Shown: positions 18,403-28,796 of the stretch, piece after piece
How the letters are laid out: each line of letters opens with the position of its first letter
Numbering within the stretch: the first letter of the stretch is position 1
From: Candidatus Latescibacterota bacterium
GTDB lineage: Bacteria > Latescibacterota > UBA2968 > UBA8231
Reading direction: 5' to 3'
Length of the DNA stretch: 64,000 nucleotides
Assembly: GCA_965200315.1 (NCBI GenBank)
Contig: OZ241362.1
Coordinates: 384,001 to 448,000 of the forward strand
Made by a program: the position numbers and the translations under genes
Notes under the pieces: generated by a model
What the model was told of the DNA's origin: nothing
Seen by the model: the letters and a program-made list of their open reading frames with translations, nothing else
Database searches by the model: none

Positions 18403-19494
18403 ATGGCTCTTTCCATCGGCATAATCGGCTTGCCCAATGTGGGCAAATCAACGCTCTTCAATGCGCTGACAGGAGCTGGGGTCGAGGTATCTAATTACCC
18501 GTTTTGCACAGGGACCCCCAACGTGGGGGCCGTCGAGGTGCCAGATTCGCGCTTGGAGCGGCTAAGCGAAGTCATTCAGCCAGAATCTACAACGCCTACA
18601 AGCATCCGCTTTGTCGATATTGCTGGGCTGGTGCGGGGCGCGAGCCAAGGGGCCGGGTTGGGCAATCAATTCCTCTCCCACGTCAGAGATGCGGATGCTC
18701 TGGTTCACGTGGTGCGCTGTTTTGACGCCCCACAGATCAGCCATGTAGATGGGGCGATTGGCCCATTGCGCGATATTGAGACCATTGAAACGGAGTTGCT
18801 ACTGGCTGATTTGGCGGTCATGGAGAAGGCCGTGCCCCATCTAGACAAAGTGGTCCGGTCTGAGCCGCGCAGCACGCATGCACAAGAGCTGGCGGCCTGC
18901 GCCAAGGTCTTAGAGGGCTTGCAGCGCGGAATGGGCGCGGTAGCGATGGGGTTGACCCCAGAAGAAAGGGACGCACTCGCTGCGTATAGTTTGCTGACGG
19001 CAAGGCCGGTGCTTTATGCGGCCAACGTCGGGGAGGTAGAAACTGGCGCGCCGGGGCCGTGGGTGGATCAGCTAGTCGAACGCTATGGAGCAGACCAAGT
19101 GCTAGTTGTATCGGCGCAACTCGAAGCAGAGATGGCCGGTCTGAGCCAAGAGGAGAGAGCGGAATTCATCCGGGAATTGGGGTTGGAGCATGGGGGGATA
19201 GAGTGCTTAGTCCAGGCCGGATACAAGCTGCTAGATCTTATTACCTTTTACACGCTCGCCAACGGCAAGCTACAGGCTTGGCAGTTGCCGCGTGGAGAAA
19301 AGGCCCCACGTGCAGCCGGGCGGATCCACACGGACATGGAGCAGGGGTTTATCCGCGCGGAACTGGCCTCTTGTGAGCAGCTAATCACTATGGGGGGATG
19401 GGCACCGCTGAAAGCAGCCGGACAATTGCGCAGCGAAGGCCGGGATTACGTCGTCGCTGATGGGGATGTCATCACCTTCCTTTTTAAGGCTTGA
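18403..19494 (+). CDS. ychF: Ribosome-binding ATPase YchF
   Basis: GLPNVGKST, NYPFCT, DIAGLVRGAS.GAGLGNQFL, GRIHTDMEQGFIRAE. Confidence 0.96.
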   Translation: MALSIGIIGLPNVGKSTLFNALTGAGVEVSNYPFCTGTPNVGAVEVPDSRLERLSEVIQPESTTPTSIRFVDIAGLVRGASQGAGLGNQFLSHVRDADALVHVVRCFDAPQISHVDGAIGPLRDIETIETELLLADLAVMEKAVPHLDKVVRSEPRSTHAQELAACAKVLEGLQRGMGAVAMGLTPEERDALAAYSLLTARPVLYAANVGEVETGAPGPWVDQLVERYGADQVLVVSAQLEAEMAGLSQEERAEFIRELGLEHGGIECLVQAGYKLLDLITFYTLANGKLQAWQLPRGEKAPRAAGRIHTDMEQGFIRAELASCEQLITMGGWAPLKAAGQLRSEGRDYVVADGDVITFLFKA

Positions 19495-19592
19495 GAGCCC
19501 AGAAGAATCGCCTTGGGGAACGCTTTTTGTGTTTTGACGGAAGGTGTTAGGTCGCCTATCTTCTGCCGTTTGAACAAGAGCGAAATAGACCA

Positions 19593-19857
19593 ATGGGACG
19601 CGCCTTGGGCATGATTGAAACCCGCGGTTGGGTAGGCTATGGTCGAAGCGGCAGACGCAATGGTCGAAGCCGCTGATATCGAGGTAGTCGGCTGGCCGCA
19701 AGTAGGCGGCGGACTAGTCTCGGGCATCGTCCGGGGAGATGTGGCCGCTGTGTGCGCAGCTACGGAGGCTGGTGCTGTGGTCGCAGCGAGTGTAGGTGAA
19801 ATACGCTCAGCATCATTCCCCGGCCACATGAGAGCACGGAAGCGGCCCTATCCCTAA
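19593..19857 (+). pseudogene. Frameshifted BMC hexamer shell protein (PduA/EutM/CcmK type)
   Basis: MGRALGMIETRG in one frame, AMVEAADAM...VRGDVAAV.AA in a second, IIPRPH back in the first. Confidence 0.8.
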
Positions 19858-19876
19858 TCCACCCGCTCGCAACTGC

Positions 19877-20707
19877 ATGGTAATTGGGGCAAAAATAATC
19901 TTGGCAACGGCCCTACTGGGCTGGGCTGCATGGTACCTCGAACCGGCTGAGTTGCTTGCAGCCGCTGGGCAGGTCGGCAGGGATAAAGTGCTCGTCTGCG
20001 GGGCCATTGCCCTAGTGGGCATCGGCGTACAATGGATTAAGTGGCAGCTATTGTTGCGCAACCAAATCCCTGAGGCCAACAGGCGCGATGTGCTTTATTC
20101 GCTGCTGGGCGGTGCCGCCCTCGGTCTGGTGACACCGAGCCGTTTGGGCGAACTGGGGCGCGGCGTTTTCTTGGGGCGGAACCGGGCTAGGGCCGCGTTG
20201 CTGACGGCCGTGGACAAGTTGAGTTCGGCCGTGGTCACGTTGGGTTTGGGAGCCGTAGCTGCATGGATTTTATGGCCCCAGCTCAGGGGCTTTTTGCTGT
20301 TGCTGGTCTGCATCCTCGGCGCGATGCTGTATTGGGGCTGGTCCCGCCGGAAAGCGAGCGGGCCAATTGCATGGGGCGCTATCGCCGGGTTATCCGTCTT
20401 GTTCAACTTGGTATTTATGGCGCAATTTTTCTATTTGGTCACCGCCAGTGTGGCCGCCGACTCAACTGTTGTGCTGGCGGTGCCGGTGGTATTTGCCCTG
20501 AAAACCCTGTTGCCCTTGGGGTTTTTGGATTTAGGAGTCCGCGAGGCCGCGGCCATTCTGGTATTTAGCAGCCTCGGCTTAGAGCCGCAACCTGCCTTTG
20601 TGGCCAGTCTCCTGATTTTTGTCTGCAATGTGTGCTTGCCGGCTGGCTTGGGCTGGCTGTGGATTGCCAGCCGTCGCCTGCGGACGGTGGGAAAGGTAGC
20701 CTTATGA
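19877..20707 (+). CDS. UPF0104 / lysylphosphatidylglycerol synthase-like membrane protein
   Basis: KWQLLL, TPSRLGELGR, LGVREAA motifs. Confidence 0.8.
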   Translation: MVIGAKIILATALLGWAAWYLEPAELLAAAGQVGRDKVLVCGAIALVGIGVQWIKWQLLLRNQIPEANRRDVLYSLLGGAALGLVTPSRLGELGRGVFLGRNRARAALLTAVDKLSSAVVTLGLGAVAAWILWPQLRGFLLLLVCILGAMLYWGWSRRKASGPIAWGAIAGLSVLFNLVFMAQFFYLVTASVAADSTVVLAVPVVFALKTLLPLGFLDLGVREAAAILVFSSLGLEPQPAFVASLLIFVCNVCLPAGLGWLWIASRRLRTVGKVAL

Positions 20708-21426
20708 ATTCGGCGTATGCGATAAAGAAAGAAATATGCGAAGTAGGGCACCGGGTCTATCAGCGCGGGTACGTAGCGGCCAACGACGGCAATATCAGCG
20801 TCCGCATAGAGGACGACCTAGTGCTGTGTACGCCGACTGGAGTGAGCAAGGGCTACCTGAGTGCCGACATGCTGGCCACCTGCGATATGGAGGGCCGGCA
20901 AGTAGCGGGATCGCTAAAAATATCGTCGGAAATCCGCATGCACCTCGAAATCTACAAGTTGCGGCCCGACGTCCGCGCAGTCGTCCATGCCCATCCGCCA
21001 ACAGCGACCGGTTTTGCCGTCGCTGGCATTGAGCTGACTCAGTGCGTATTGCCCGAGGTCATCGTCAGCCTCGGGGGCATCCCACTCGCGGACTACGGTA
21101 CGCCTGGAGGCCCGGATATCGTCGAGCCGATGAAGCCACTTTTGCGGCAATACGACGCCGTTCTAATGGCCAATCACGGAGTGGTAACCGCGGGCCAACA
21201 CGTCATGGACGCCCATTTCAAGATGGAGACCGTCGAACACTTTGCCCAGATCGCCTTGGTGGCGCACCAACTCGGCGGGATCCGCACACTGGGGGGTAAA
21301 GATGTGGAGGATCTCACGAATCTGAGGAAGCACTTTGGAATTGGGGACCGGCCGTCCTGTGAGGTGGCCGGAGAAAGCGATCTAGTCGAGCGGATTACCG
21401 AGGAAGTCCTGCGCCAACTGCGCTAG
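20704..21426 (+). CDS. Class II aldolase/adducin family protein (fuculose/rhamnulose-phosphate aldolase-like)
   Basis: NDGNIS, TPTGVSKG, SSEIRMH, VVHAHPP, LMANHG. Confidence 0.9.
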   Translation: MNSAYAIKKEICEVGHRVYQRGYVAANDGNISVRIEDDLVLCTPTGVSKGYLSADMLATCDMEGRQVAGSLKISSEIRMHLEIYKLRPDVRAVVHAHPPTATGFAVAGIELTQCVLPEVIVSLGGIPLADYGTPGGPDIVEPMKPLLRQYDAVLMANHGVVTAGQHVMDAHFKMETVEHFAQIALVAHQLGGIRTLGGKDVEDLTNLRKHFGIGDRPSCEVAGESDLVERITEEVLRQLR

Positions 21427-21437
21427 CTCGGCATGCG

Positions 21438-22448
21438 ATGCGAGGGAGTATGAGGTTTATAGGACTAATCGCCGCGGTAATCGGGATCGCAGCTCCGGCC
21501 AGTGGCCAAGCCATCGTCGAGGCGGTCCAGCGCGGAGACTCCCTGTTGGCGCAGGGCCAGCCTAAGCAGGCGTTAGCCGAATACGAAAAGGCGTGCGAAC
21601 AAGGTGCTGGCAGCGCGATGTTTCTCAATCGCTTGGCCAGCCTCTACATGGAGACCGGCGGCTATAGTCAGGCGGCCCAATCGCTGCAAAAATCGCTTTC
21701 TGAAGACCCTAGGCAGCTACCGGTATATTCGGCGTTGGGAGAGGCCTTTTTAGCCATGGGCCAGCTAGATTCGTCTATTTTTTACGTCGAACAAGCGAGC
21801 ATTTTGGCTCCATCCTCAACCAAAGTCCACAGTACCCTCGGTTATCTCTACATGCAGGCTGGTCAGAGCGAAAGGGCGAGGGAACGCCTTGACCGGGCCT
21901 TGGCACTGGACGAAAAAAACGCGGAAGCCTATCGCCTATATGGATATTACTACGCGCAAAAGGACTCGGTAGATCGGGCCATTGAATACTATCAAAAATT
22001 GGCGGAGTTGTCGCCGGACAATGTCGAAGCCTACAACAACATCGCCTTCCTCCTCACCGGAGCCGGACGCTATGCGGAAGCACTTGAGTATTACAAACGA
22101 GCGAAAGATCGGGCGCAGGATCCCTACCTAGCCCAGGTAATCACGGCCAAAATCGAAGAGGTACAGGCGCTGCTGGCCGGTGAGATGCGGGCGCGCTACA
22201 TATTGGTCGAAACAGAAGCGTCCGCACTCGAAGTCCTCGAAAAAATGGCTCGAGGAGCCGATTTTTCCCAACTAGCGCAGCAGCTTTCCATCGCGCCCAA
22301 TGCCAATCAGGGCGGAGATTTGGGGTTTTTTGGGCCGGGTGAACTCATGCCCGAGATCGAGGAAATCGTAGTGCAACTGAAGGTTGGAGAACTGAGTCAG
22401 GTCGTGGAATTGCCCATGGGGTATATCGTCGTGCAGAGATTGAACTAG
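21438..22448 (+). CDS. Exported TPR protein with a C-terminal parvulin PPIase domain
   Basis: Signal peptide, TPR repeats, ARYILV...FSQLAQQLS...GGDLGFF. Confidence 0.85.
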   Translation: MRGSMRFIGLIAAVIGIAAPASGQAIVEAVQRGDSLLAQGQPKQALAEYEKACEQGAGSAMFLNRLASLYMETGGYSQAAQSLQKSLSEDPRQLPVYSALGEAFLAMGQLDSSIFYVEQASILAPSSTKVHSTLGYLYMQAGQSERARERLDRALALDEKNAEAYRLYGYYYAQKDSVDRAIEYYQKLAELSPDNVEAYNNIAFLLTGAGRYAEALEYYKRAKDRAQDPYLAQVITAKIEEVQALLAGEMRARYILVETEASALEVLEKMARGADFSQLAQQLSIAPNANQGGDLGFFGPGELMPEIEEIVVQLKVGELSQVVELPMGYIVVQRLN

Positions 22449-22613
22449 CAATGAAAAAGGTAGCGGCCAAGACATCTTTCGATGCCTTGGCCGCCAGGGA
22501 GGGATACGAACCATGACCGGAATGGCTCGCATAGGTTAAACGCCCTGAAAAGAAAAGGGTTCCACATTGGCAGTACTTTTTTTGAATGTTCAATATCTCC
22601 AGAGGCAGCAAGG

Positions 22614-23027
22614 ATGAACGCGGATGACCTGCGCGATGTAGCCGAGCGGCTTGAAGCCTTGGAGTCGCTGGCCAAGCTGTTCGGAAATTCATGGCTTGAA
22701 TACGCCAAAAACCAGATACAGGACGAGAAAATCAGGGCCTATCTGACGGTTTTTGACGACGCCTTTCCCGGGATGGACCACGTCGTCGAATTCGTGCGCC
22801 AAAATGCCCACGCCCTTGCTGCCGGCGAGGATGTCCAAGAAAATTTTGCAGGTTTGGCGCAGGTGCTGCTACAGCGGGAGAGCGAAGGCGCGGGTTTTCT
22901 CACCAGCGATGCGGAAGTTGTAGGAGAAATCACTGCGCCCGACGACGAGCAGGAGGAGGCATTAAAACCGACGAGTGATGAAGAAGAGTCGAAAAACGAG
23001 GACCAAATAGATGCCCTTTTTGGCTGA
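22614..23027 (+). CDS. Hypothetical acidic protein
   Basis: ATG after GAGG/AAGG; helical, acidic, ends EDQIDALFG. Confidence 0.65.
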   Translation: MNADDLRDVAERLEALESLAKLFGNSWLEYAKNQIQDEKIRAYLTVFDDAFPGMDHVVEFVRQNAHALAAGEDVQENFAGLAQVLLQRESEGAGFLTSDAEVVGEITAPDDEQEEALKPTSDEEESKNEDQIDALFG

Positions 23028-23056
23028 ACAAGCCTATCCCAACAGAGCGAGCTGGC

Positions 23057-24421
23057 ATGCCCTATTCCTATAATGCTTGGTTCCAGTGCATCAATTGCGA
23101 CGACGAGCGCTATCCGCTAAACGAAGTAGTCTATCACTGTCAAAAGTGTGGAGGGCTGCTCGAAGTACGTCACGATATGGAATCCTTACAGCGGCGCTCG
23201 GGCGGTGAGTGGCGGACGCTGTTTGATCAGCGCTACATGAGTTCGGTGCATCCGTATGGGAGTTCGGTTTGGGGCAAGAAAGAAATGGTTTGCCCCCTCG
23301 TCGAAGACGAAAACGTGGTCTCCATGTACGAGGGGGGAAGCAATCTGCTCTGGGCCGAGCGCTTGGGCACCGAACTAGGTATGAAAGATCTGTGGATAAA
23401 GCAGTGCGGCAATAGCCACACGGGTTCGTTTAAGGACTTGGGCATGACCGTATTGGTTTCCATGGTCAACCAGATGATTGCCGAGGGCCAGTCTATACCT
23501 GCGGTAGCCTGCGCCTCAACCGGGGACACCTCAGCGGCGTTGGCCGCGTATTGCGCGGCCGCTGGTATTCCAGCCATCGTGTTGCTGCCCAAAGACATGA
23601 TCTCCACCTCTCAACTCATCCAGCCCATAGCCAACGGTGCGCTGACGCTCGCCCTACGCACCGACTTCGACGGGTGCATGGCCTTAGTGCAGGAAATCTG
23701 CCGCCGCGACCAAATTTATCTGGCGAACTCGATGAATTCGCTCCGCATTGAAGGGCAAAAGACCATCGCGATTGAGCTGTTACAGCAATTTCACTGGGAG
23801 GTCCCCGACTGGGTCGTTATCCCGGGCGGCAATCTGGGCAATGTCAGTGCCTTGGGGAAGGGGTTTATCGAGGGCCAGCAAATGGGGCTTATCGACAAGC
23901 TGCCGCGCCTTGCCGTCGCCCAAGCCTCTCAGGCCAATCCGCTTTATCTCAGTTATCTCGATGGGTTCCGCACCTTTGAGCCGCAAACGGCCCGCGACAC
24001 CTTGGCCAGTGCCATCAAGATCGGCAACCCCGTAAGCCGGGAGCGAGCCATCCGCATCTTGCAGCACTTCGACGGCATCGTCGAAGAAGCTACGGAAGAC
24101 GAATTGGCCAACGCCTGTGCAAGGGCCGACCGCAATGGGCTGTTCACCTGTCCGCACACGGGCGTCGCCTTGGCTGCACTAGAGAAAATGATTGCAGCCG
24201 GGCACATCGAGCCCAAGAGCCGAGTGATCGTAATATCCACGGCGCACGGGCTGAAGTTTCCAGATTTCAAGGTGAAATACCACGAAGACCAATTGCGGGA
24301 ATTTCGCGTCGAACCACAGCATCGCAATATGCCCATTGAGATCGAAGCCGAATACGAAGCTGTGCATCGGGCTGTCCTTGAAGCCATAGAGCAGCGGACG
24401 CTGGCTGCGGCCCTCCACTGA
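23057..24421 (+). CDS. thrC: Threonine synthase (plant-like long form)
   Basis: [40 protein letters not shown]. Confidence 0.95.
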   Translation: MPYSYNAWFQCINCDDERYPLNEVVYHCQKCGGLLEVRHDMESLQRRSGGEWRTLFDQRYMSSVHPYGSSVWGKKEMVCPLVEDENVVSMYEGGSNLLWAERLGTELGMKDLWIKQCGNSHTGSFKDLGMTVLVSMVNQMIAEGQSIPAVACASTGDTSAALAAYCAAAGIPAIVLLPKDMISTSQLIQPIANGALTLALRTDFDGCMALVQEICRRDQIYLANSMNSLRIEGQKTIAIELLQQFHWEVPDWVVIPGGNLGNVSALGKGFIEGQQMGLIDKLPRLAVAQASQANPLYLSYLDGFRTFEPQTARDTLASAIKIGNPVSRERAIRILQHFDGIVEEATEDELANACARADRNGLFTCPHTGVALAALEKMIAAGHIEPKSRVIVISTAHGLKFPDFKVKYHEDQLREFRVEPQHRNMPIEIEAEYEAVHRAVLEAIEQRTLAAALH

Positions 24422-24433
24422 AAGAGCAAAACA

Positions 24434-25615
24434 ATGAACCACGATGGTTTTGTCGGAGAATCGACCCGTTCCGTACACGGGGGAGGGGAACGAGATAAGT
24501 TTGCCCAGTCACTCATCGACCCCATTGCTCAGACGGCCACCTATACTTTTGCCGATCTAGATGAATTTGTCGCTTTTAAGGCCGGCGAAAAATCGCTCTA
24601 TGAATACGGGCGCTACGGCAATCCGACCCAGCGGGCCGCCGAGCATCGAATAGCCGCCTTAGAGAACGCCGAAGCCGCTTTGCTCTTTCCGTCGGGCATG
24701 AGCGCGATTACCTCGGTGCTCTATGCAATGCTGCGCAGTGGGCAACACTTAGTGCTTATGGAAGATTGCTACCGCATGACGGCCAAATTCTGCGAGGTCT
24801 TGGCCAAATTCGGCATTGAATCTACCCTAGTTAAGCCCGGTAATATGGATGCGTTGGCGGCTGCGGTGCGCCCAGAGACCCGCTTGATATTTACCGAGTC
24901 CCCGACCAATCCCCACCTGCACGTCCTCGACTTGGAACAGCTCGTCGCTTTTGCCAAACAGCGGCGTCTCAAGGTTATCATCGACAGCACCTTGGCCACG
25001 CCAGTCAATCAGCGGCCGCTCGATTTCGGGGTTGATTTGGTCATCCACAGTGCCACCAAATATCTCGGTGGGCACAACGATCTGATGGCCGGTGCCATCT
25101 GCGGTAAGGCTCCTTTAGTCGAGGCCATTGGCGAATACCAACGAATCACCGGCGGGATCGTCGACCCCAACACCTCGTTTTTGCTGATCCGGGGGTTGAA
25201 GACGCTCGCATTACGCGTTCTGCAGCAAAACGATACAGCCCTGACAGTAGCCCGGTTCCTAGAAGCTCATCCCAAAATTCGCCAAGTCTTTTACCCAGGT
25301 CTTGAAAGCCACGTCGATCACTGCGTCGCCAGAGAGCAAATGCGCGGTTTTGGCGGGTTGATCAGCTTTGAGATTGACGGCACCCCCGAACAGACGCGGA
25401 ATTTCGTTCATCGGCTAGCCGTGCCTTATATCGCCCCGAGCTTGGGAGGGGTGGAGACGCTGGTCTCGCATCCGGCGACCGTTTCCTATTACGATTTGAG
25501 CCGGAAGGAACGGCTGGCCATCGGCATCACCGACCAGTTGGTGCGCTATGCCGTGGGCATTGAGGACGCCGATGAGCTCATCGGCGATCTAGAGAGGGTG
25601 CTTGAGGAGGTCTAA
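24434..25615 (+). CDS. metB: Cystathionine gamma-synthase / Cys-Met metabolism PLP enzyme
   Basis: YGRYGNPT, SGMSAI, ESPTNP, HSATKYLGGHND, SLGGVETL. Confidence 0.85.
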   Translation: MNHDGFVGESTRSVHGGGERDKFAQSLIDPIAQTATYTFADLDEFVAFKAGEKSLYEYGRYGNPTQRAAEHRIAALENAEAALLFPSGMSAITSVLYAMLRSGQHLVLMEDCYRMTAKFCEVLAKFGIESTLVKPGNMDALAAAVRPETRLIFTESPTNPHLHVLDLEQLVAFAKQRRLKVIIDSTLATPVNQRPLDFGVDLVIHSATKYLGGHNDLMAGAICGKAPLVEAIGEYQRITGGIVDPNTSFLLIRGLKTLALRVLQQNDTALTVARFLEAHPKIRQVFYPGLESHVDHCVAREQMRGFGGLISFEIDGTPEQTRNFVHRLAVPYIAPSLGGVETLVSHPATVSYYDLSRKERLAIGITDQLVRYAVGIEDADELIGDLERVLEEV

Positions 25616-25619
25616 GGAA

Positions 25620-26048
25620 TCAAAAGTTCAAGTCGGCCAAGAGCACGGTCCAGGGCAGGGAAGAGACTTTGCGGTACAGGTCGCCGTCGCTGGTCACGGC
25701 TTGGCAGCGGATATGGGCCCCTAAGGCAATGAAGCCGGCGGCGTACATGCTGATGGAATGCTCAAAGGCGATTTGCGTGGCTTTGCGGGTAATTTCGGCG
25801 TTGTAGGGCACAATATCCAAGTGCATGTACTCCAAACTGGCCAAGGCGTCGTCTATATAGGTGCGATCGAATTGGCGGCTTTCCTTGAGGACATGAGCCA
25901 GTTCGTATATAGATTGATCGAGTACAGTCAGCGCGATTCTTTCCGCTAGCTGCTCTTGGCGAAGGCCAAGGGCCTTGTGGGTATCCATATCGTGCGCTGG
26001 AGAAAACCACCTCAGCATAACGGAGGTATCTAGCGCGTAGCGAATCAC
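25620..26048 (-). CDS. PIN-domain (VapC-like) toxin
   Basis: ALDTSV...YEL...SMYAA...VTSD; overlaps the antitoxin stop. Confidence 0.8.
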   Translation of the reverse strand: MIRYALDTSVMLRWFSPAHDMDTHKALGLRQEQLAERIALTVLDQSIYELAHVLKESRQFDRTYIDDALASLEYMHLDIVPYNAEITRKATQIAFEHSISMYAAGFIALGAHIRCQAVTSDGDLYRKVSSLPWTVLLADLNF

Positions 26049-26302
26049 CGCGCTTGCCTTTCCGCACGCAGGATCTTAAGAGGATCCCAAGGCAGTGCCT
26101 TTTCGCGCAAGCTGTCTTGGAGCGCCATTCCGTGTTCAATAGCTGCCTGTTTTCGCTGGTACTTGTATGTTGCGTCCCGTTGCTGGCAGTACGCCATAAA
26201 GGATAGGCGCAGGAGCTTGCTGCGGCTTACGCCTTCCTGCTGCGCAACTTGATCAATGCGTTCGAGCAAATCGTCCGGCAGCATGATATTTACGCGCGCC
26301 AT
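26045..26302 (-). CDS. CopG/ribbon-helix-helix antitoxin
   Basis: RVNIMLPDDLLERID...VSRSKLLR. Confidence 0.85.
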   Translation of the reverse strand: MARVNIMLPDDLLERIDQVAQQEGVSRSKLLRLSFMAYCQQRDATYKYQRKQAAIEHGMALQDSLREKALPWDPLKILRAERQAR

Positions 26303-26343
26303 AAGCCCCTTTCCTTTTATCTGACAAGCGGAGGGAAGCTGCC

Positions 26344-26372
26344 AAATTAGCTTTGCTCCAACGGGCTGTCAA
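26344..26372 (-). promoter_or_regulatory. Sigma70-like promoter TTGACA-N17-TAATTT for the TA operon
   Basis: Perfect -35 and 17-bp spacer about 40 nt upstream of the antitoxin ATG. Confidence 0.5.
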
Positions 26373-26430
26373 GACGGGCCTCTTGCCTTAGTTTGGGCCG
26401 GTCTTTAATGTTACAATGTGGGATTAGAGC

Positions 26431-27381
26431 ATGAAGAATCACCTAAAAATATTGTCGGGTTCAAGCAATCCAGACCTAGCCCAAGAGATATGCGAGTACT
26501 TGGCCATTGTGCCTACGCGCCGCCAGATCGTCCGTGCGCCGAACGACAATATAAAGGTCAAAATTGAGGAGAATGTGCGCGAAGACGACGTTTTTGTCAT
26601 CCAGACGTCAGCCCCTCCGGTCAATCATCACTTTGTTGAACTGCTGTTGCTAATTGACGCGCTCAAGTACGCCTCGTCGCGCCGGATTACGGCTGTGTTA
26701 CCCTATTATCCTTATGTACGAGCCGACAAAAAGGATGAGCCCCGCATTTCTATTAGTGCCCGCCTCGTCGCCGACTTGCTCCAAACGGCCGGGGCCGATC
26801 GGATCTTGACCATTACCTTGCACAGCCCGCAAATCGTGGCGTTCTCGCGCATTCCGGTTGACCAGCTATGGGCTACGAGCCTGCTGTGCAATTTTATGCG
26901 GATGAAAGACCTCAGCAACGCCGTAGTGGTGTCGCCCGACGTGGGAAGTGCCGATGAAGCCAGTGTGTATGCGCGCCGGCTCGGCTTGCCGCTGGCTATT
27001 ATGGATAAGCGCCGCCACGCGGACGACGAAAAGGTCGAAATCAAAAATATGATCGGCGATGTCGATGGCCGCGACGCCTTGCTCTTCGACGAGGAGGTGC
27101 TGACAGGAGGGTCCATGATGGAGTCGATACGGGTACTTAAAGAAAGGGGCGTACGCCGAATACTAGCCGGTTGTACGCACGGCGTTTTTTCCGGACAAGC
27201 CTTAGAGAGAATAGAGGCCTCCTCGGTGCAAGCATTCGCCACTACGAATACCATTCCCTTGCCGGCGGGCAAGCCGAGGAGCAAAATCGCCGTGCTGAGC
27301 GTCGCTCGGTTGTTGGGAGATGCGATCAAAGCTATTCACCACGGCGAATCAGTGAGCCGCTTGATTGAGTGGGAGGGATAG
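26431..27381 (+). CDS. prs: Ribose-phosphate pyrophosphokinase (paralogue 1)
   Basis: RITAVLPYYPYVRADKK, VVSPDVG, MDKRR, THGVFSG. Confidence 0.9.
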   Translation: MKNHLKILSGSSNPDLAQEICEYLAIVPTRRQIVRAPNDNIKVKIEENVREDDVFVIQTSAPPVNHHFVELLLLIDALKYASSRRITAVLPYYPYVRADKKDEPRISISARLVADLLQTAGADRILTITLHSPQIVAFSRIPVDQLWATSLLCNFMRMKDLSNAVVVSPDVGSADEASVYARRLGLPLAIMDKRRHADDEKVEIKNMIGDVDGRDALLFDEEVLTGGSMMESIRVLKERGVRRILAGCTHGVFSGQALERIEASSVQAFATTNTIPLPAGKPRSKIAVLSVARLLGDAIKAIHHGESVSRLIEWEG

Positions 27382-27384
27382 GCA

Positions 27385-27546
27385 ATGCCAAGTAAACTGA
27401 GTATTTTCTTTGAGTTATGGGATTTTATGAAGGTGCGCAAAAAGTGGTGGTTGGGGCCGATCTTTGCCACTTTGATTTTGTTGGGGTTGTTAATAGTCAC
27501 GACTCAAGGGTCGGCGGTGGCCCCCTTTATTTACGCACTGTTTTAA
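27385..27546 (+). CDS. Small membrane protein (DUF5989-like), 53 aa, absent from the ORF track
   Basis: MPSKLSIFFELWDFMKVRKKWWLGPI...GSAVAPFIYALF. Confidence 0.85.
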   Translation: MPSKLSIFFELWDFMKVRKKWWLGPIFATLILLGLLIVTTQGSAVAPFIYALF

Positions 27547-27571
27547 GTCCTATAACATGTTATATGTAAAA
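27545..27571 (+). other. dif-like site 2: AAGTCCTATAA-CATGTT-ATATGTAAAA
   Basis: Fills the whole gap between the small ORF stop and the apt ATG; close to Firmicutes-type dif arms. Confidence 0.75.
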
Positions 27572-28083
27572 TGAATCTAAAAAAACTCATCCGCGAAATT
27601 CCCAATTTTCCGCAAGACGGCGTCTCCTACAAAGACATCACGCCGCTGCTCAAAGACCCGGCTGGTTTATCGGCCGCGGTCCAAACTATGCTCGCACCCT
27701 TTGTGGACGCCGACGTGGACCTAGTCGTCGGTATAGAGGCCCGCGGATTCGTGTTCGCAACGCCCATGGCACTCGAATTAGGATGCGGTTTTGTGCCAGT
27801 GCGCAAATTAGGCAAGCTACCGGCGGCCACGCTGCGCCGCGCTTACGCCCTCGAATACGGCGAAACAGCCTTAGAAATCCACGCCGATGCCATCACGCCT
27901 GGGCAAAGGGTGTTAGTCGTCGACGACGTTTTGGCCACCGGCGGGACCTTGGCGGCAACAGGTCAAGTGCTTAAAGAACTAGGAGCGGTTGTCGTGGGCA
28001 TCAGCGTGTTGGCCGAGTTGGGCTTTCTGTCAGGCCGCAGCCTCTTGGCCGGGTATAAATTGGAAAGTGCTATCGTCTATTGA
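27571..28083 (+). CDS. apt: Adenine phosphoribosyltransferase
   Basis: GIEARGF, RKLGKLP, YALEYG, VDDVLATGGT. Confidence 0.96.
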   Translation: MNLKKLIREIPNFPQDGVSYKDITPLLKDPAGLSAAVQTMLAPFVDADVDLVVGIEARGFVFATPMALELGCGFVPVRKLGKLPAATLRRAYALEYGETALEIHADAITPGQRVLVVDDVLATGGTLAATGQVLKELGAVVVGISVLAELGFLSGRSLLAGYKLESAIVY

Positions 28084-28119
28084 AACCCGAACCCAAAACA
28101 ATGGAGATACTATACCTTC

Positions 28120-28788
28120 ATGTCGAGTGAACGCCGTAAATTGAGCAAGAGTGAACTCCGCGAAGATGAGTTCGTCGAATGGATCATGGAAGCGGTCGAA
28201 TACGTCAAAGAGCGCGCCCGGCTCTTTGTCGGTGGGGCCGTTGCCGTGATCGCGGTCATTGTGGCCATAGATTATTCTATTGAGTCCAAGGAAGCCGATC
28301 AGCTCAAGGCCGCGGCTCTTCTCGGCGATGTGCTGATGGTCGAACAGGGCGGAGAGCCGACCGAGGCAGTCCGCCTAGCCGAGGAGTTGGTGTCCTCCTA
28401 TGCTGGAACCCCGGCTGCGGCTCAAGGGACCATAATTTTGGCCAATCTCCACTACGCGCAGGGCCGTTATGTTGAGGCTCGGGGCTATTATCAGACCTAC
28501 TTGGACAACTACGAGCCGTTGGATGTGTTGGCCTATGCAGCCCAAAGCGGCTTGGGTGCCTGCCTCGAAGCCGAAGGGCAGCTTGTGGCTGCGGCTCAGC
28601 ACTACGAAACGTATGCAGCCGAGCAGGCCGGGACTATTCGCGAGGCCATGGCGCAGATGGAAGCAGCCCGCATATATGGGTTGGCCGGCGAAAGCGACAA
28701 GCAACAGGCCCTACTCGAACAGGTCAGTCGCACCTTCGCCCAGTACCCCATTGCCGCGCAAGCCCGAGCGGCACTAGCCATGTTCTAA
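28120..28788 (+). CDS. YfgM-like TPR membrane protein
   Basis: ELREDEFV N-terminus, single TM segment, TPR-like helices. Confidence 0.75.
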   Translation: MSSERRKLSKSELREDEFVEWIMEAVEYVKERARLFVGGAVAVIAVIVAIDYSIESKEADQLKAAALLGDVLMVEQGGEPTEAVRLAEELVSSYAGTPAAAQGTIILANLHYAQGRYVEARGYYQTYLDNYEPLDVLAYAAQSGLGACLEAEGQLVAAAQHYETYAAEQAGTIREAMAQMEAARIYGLAGESDKQQALLEQVSRTFAQYPIAAQARAALAMF

Positions 28789-28796
28789 AGGACCTG

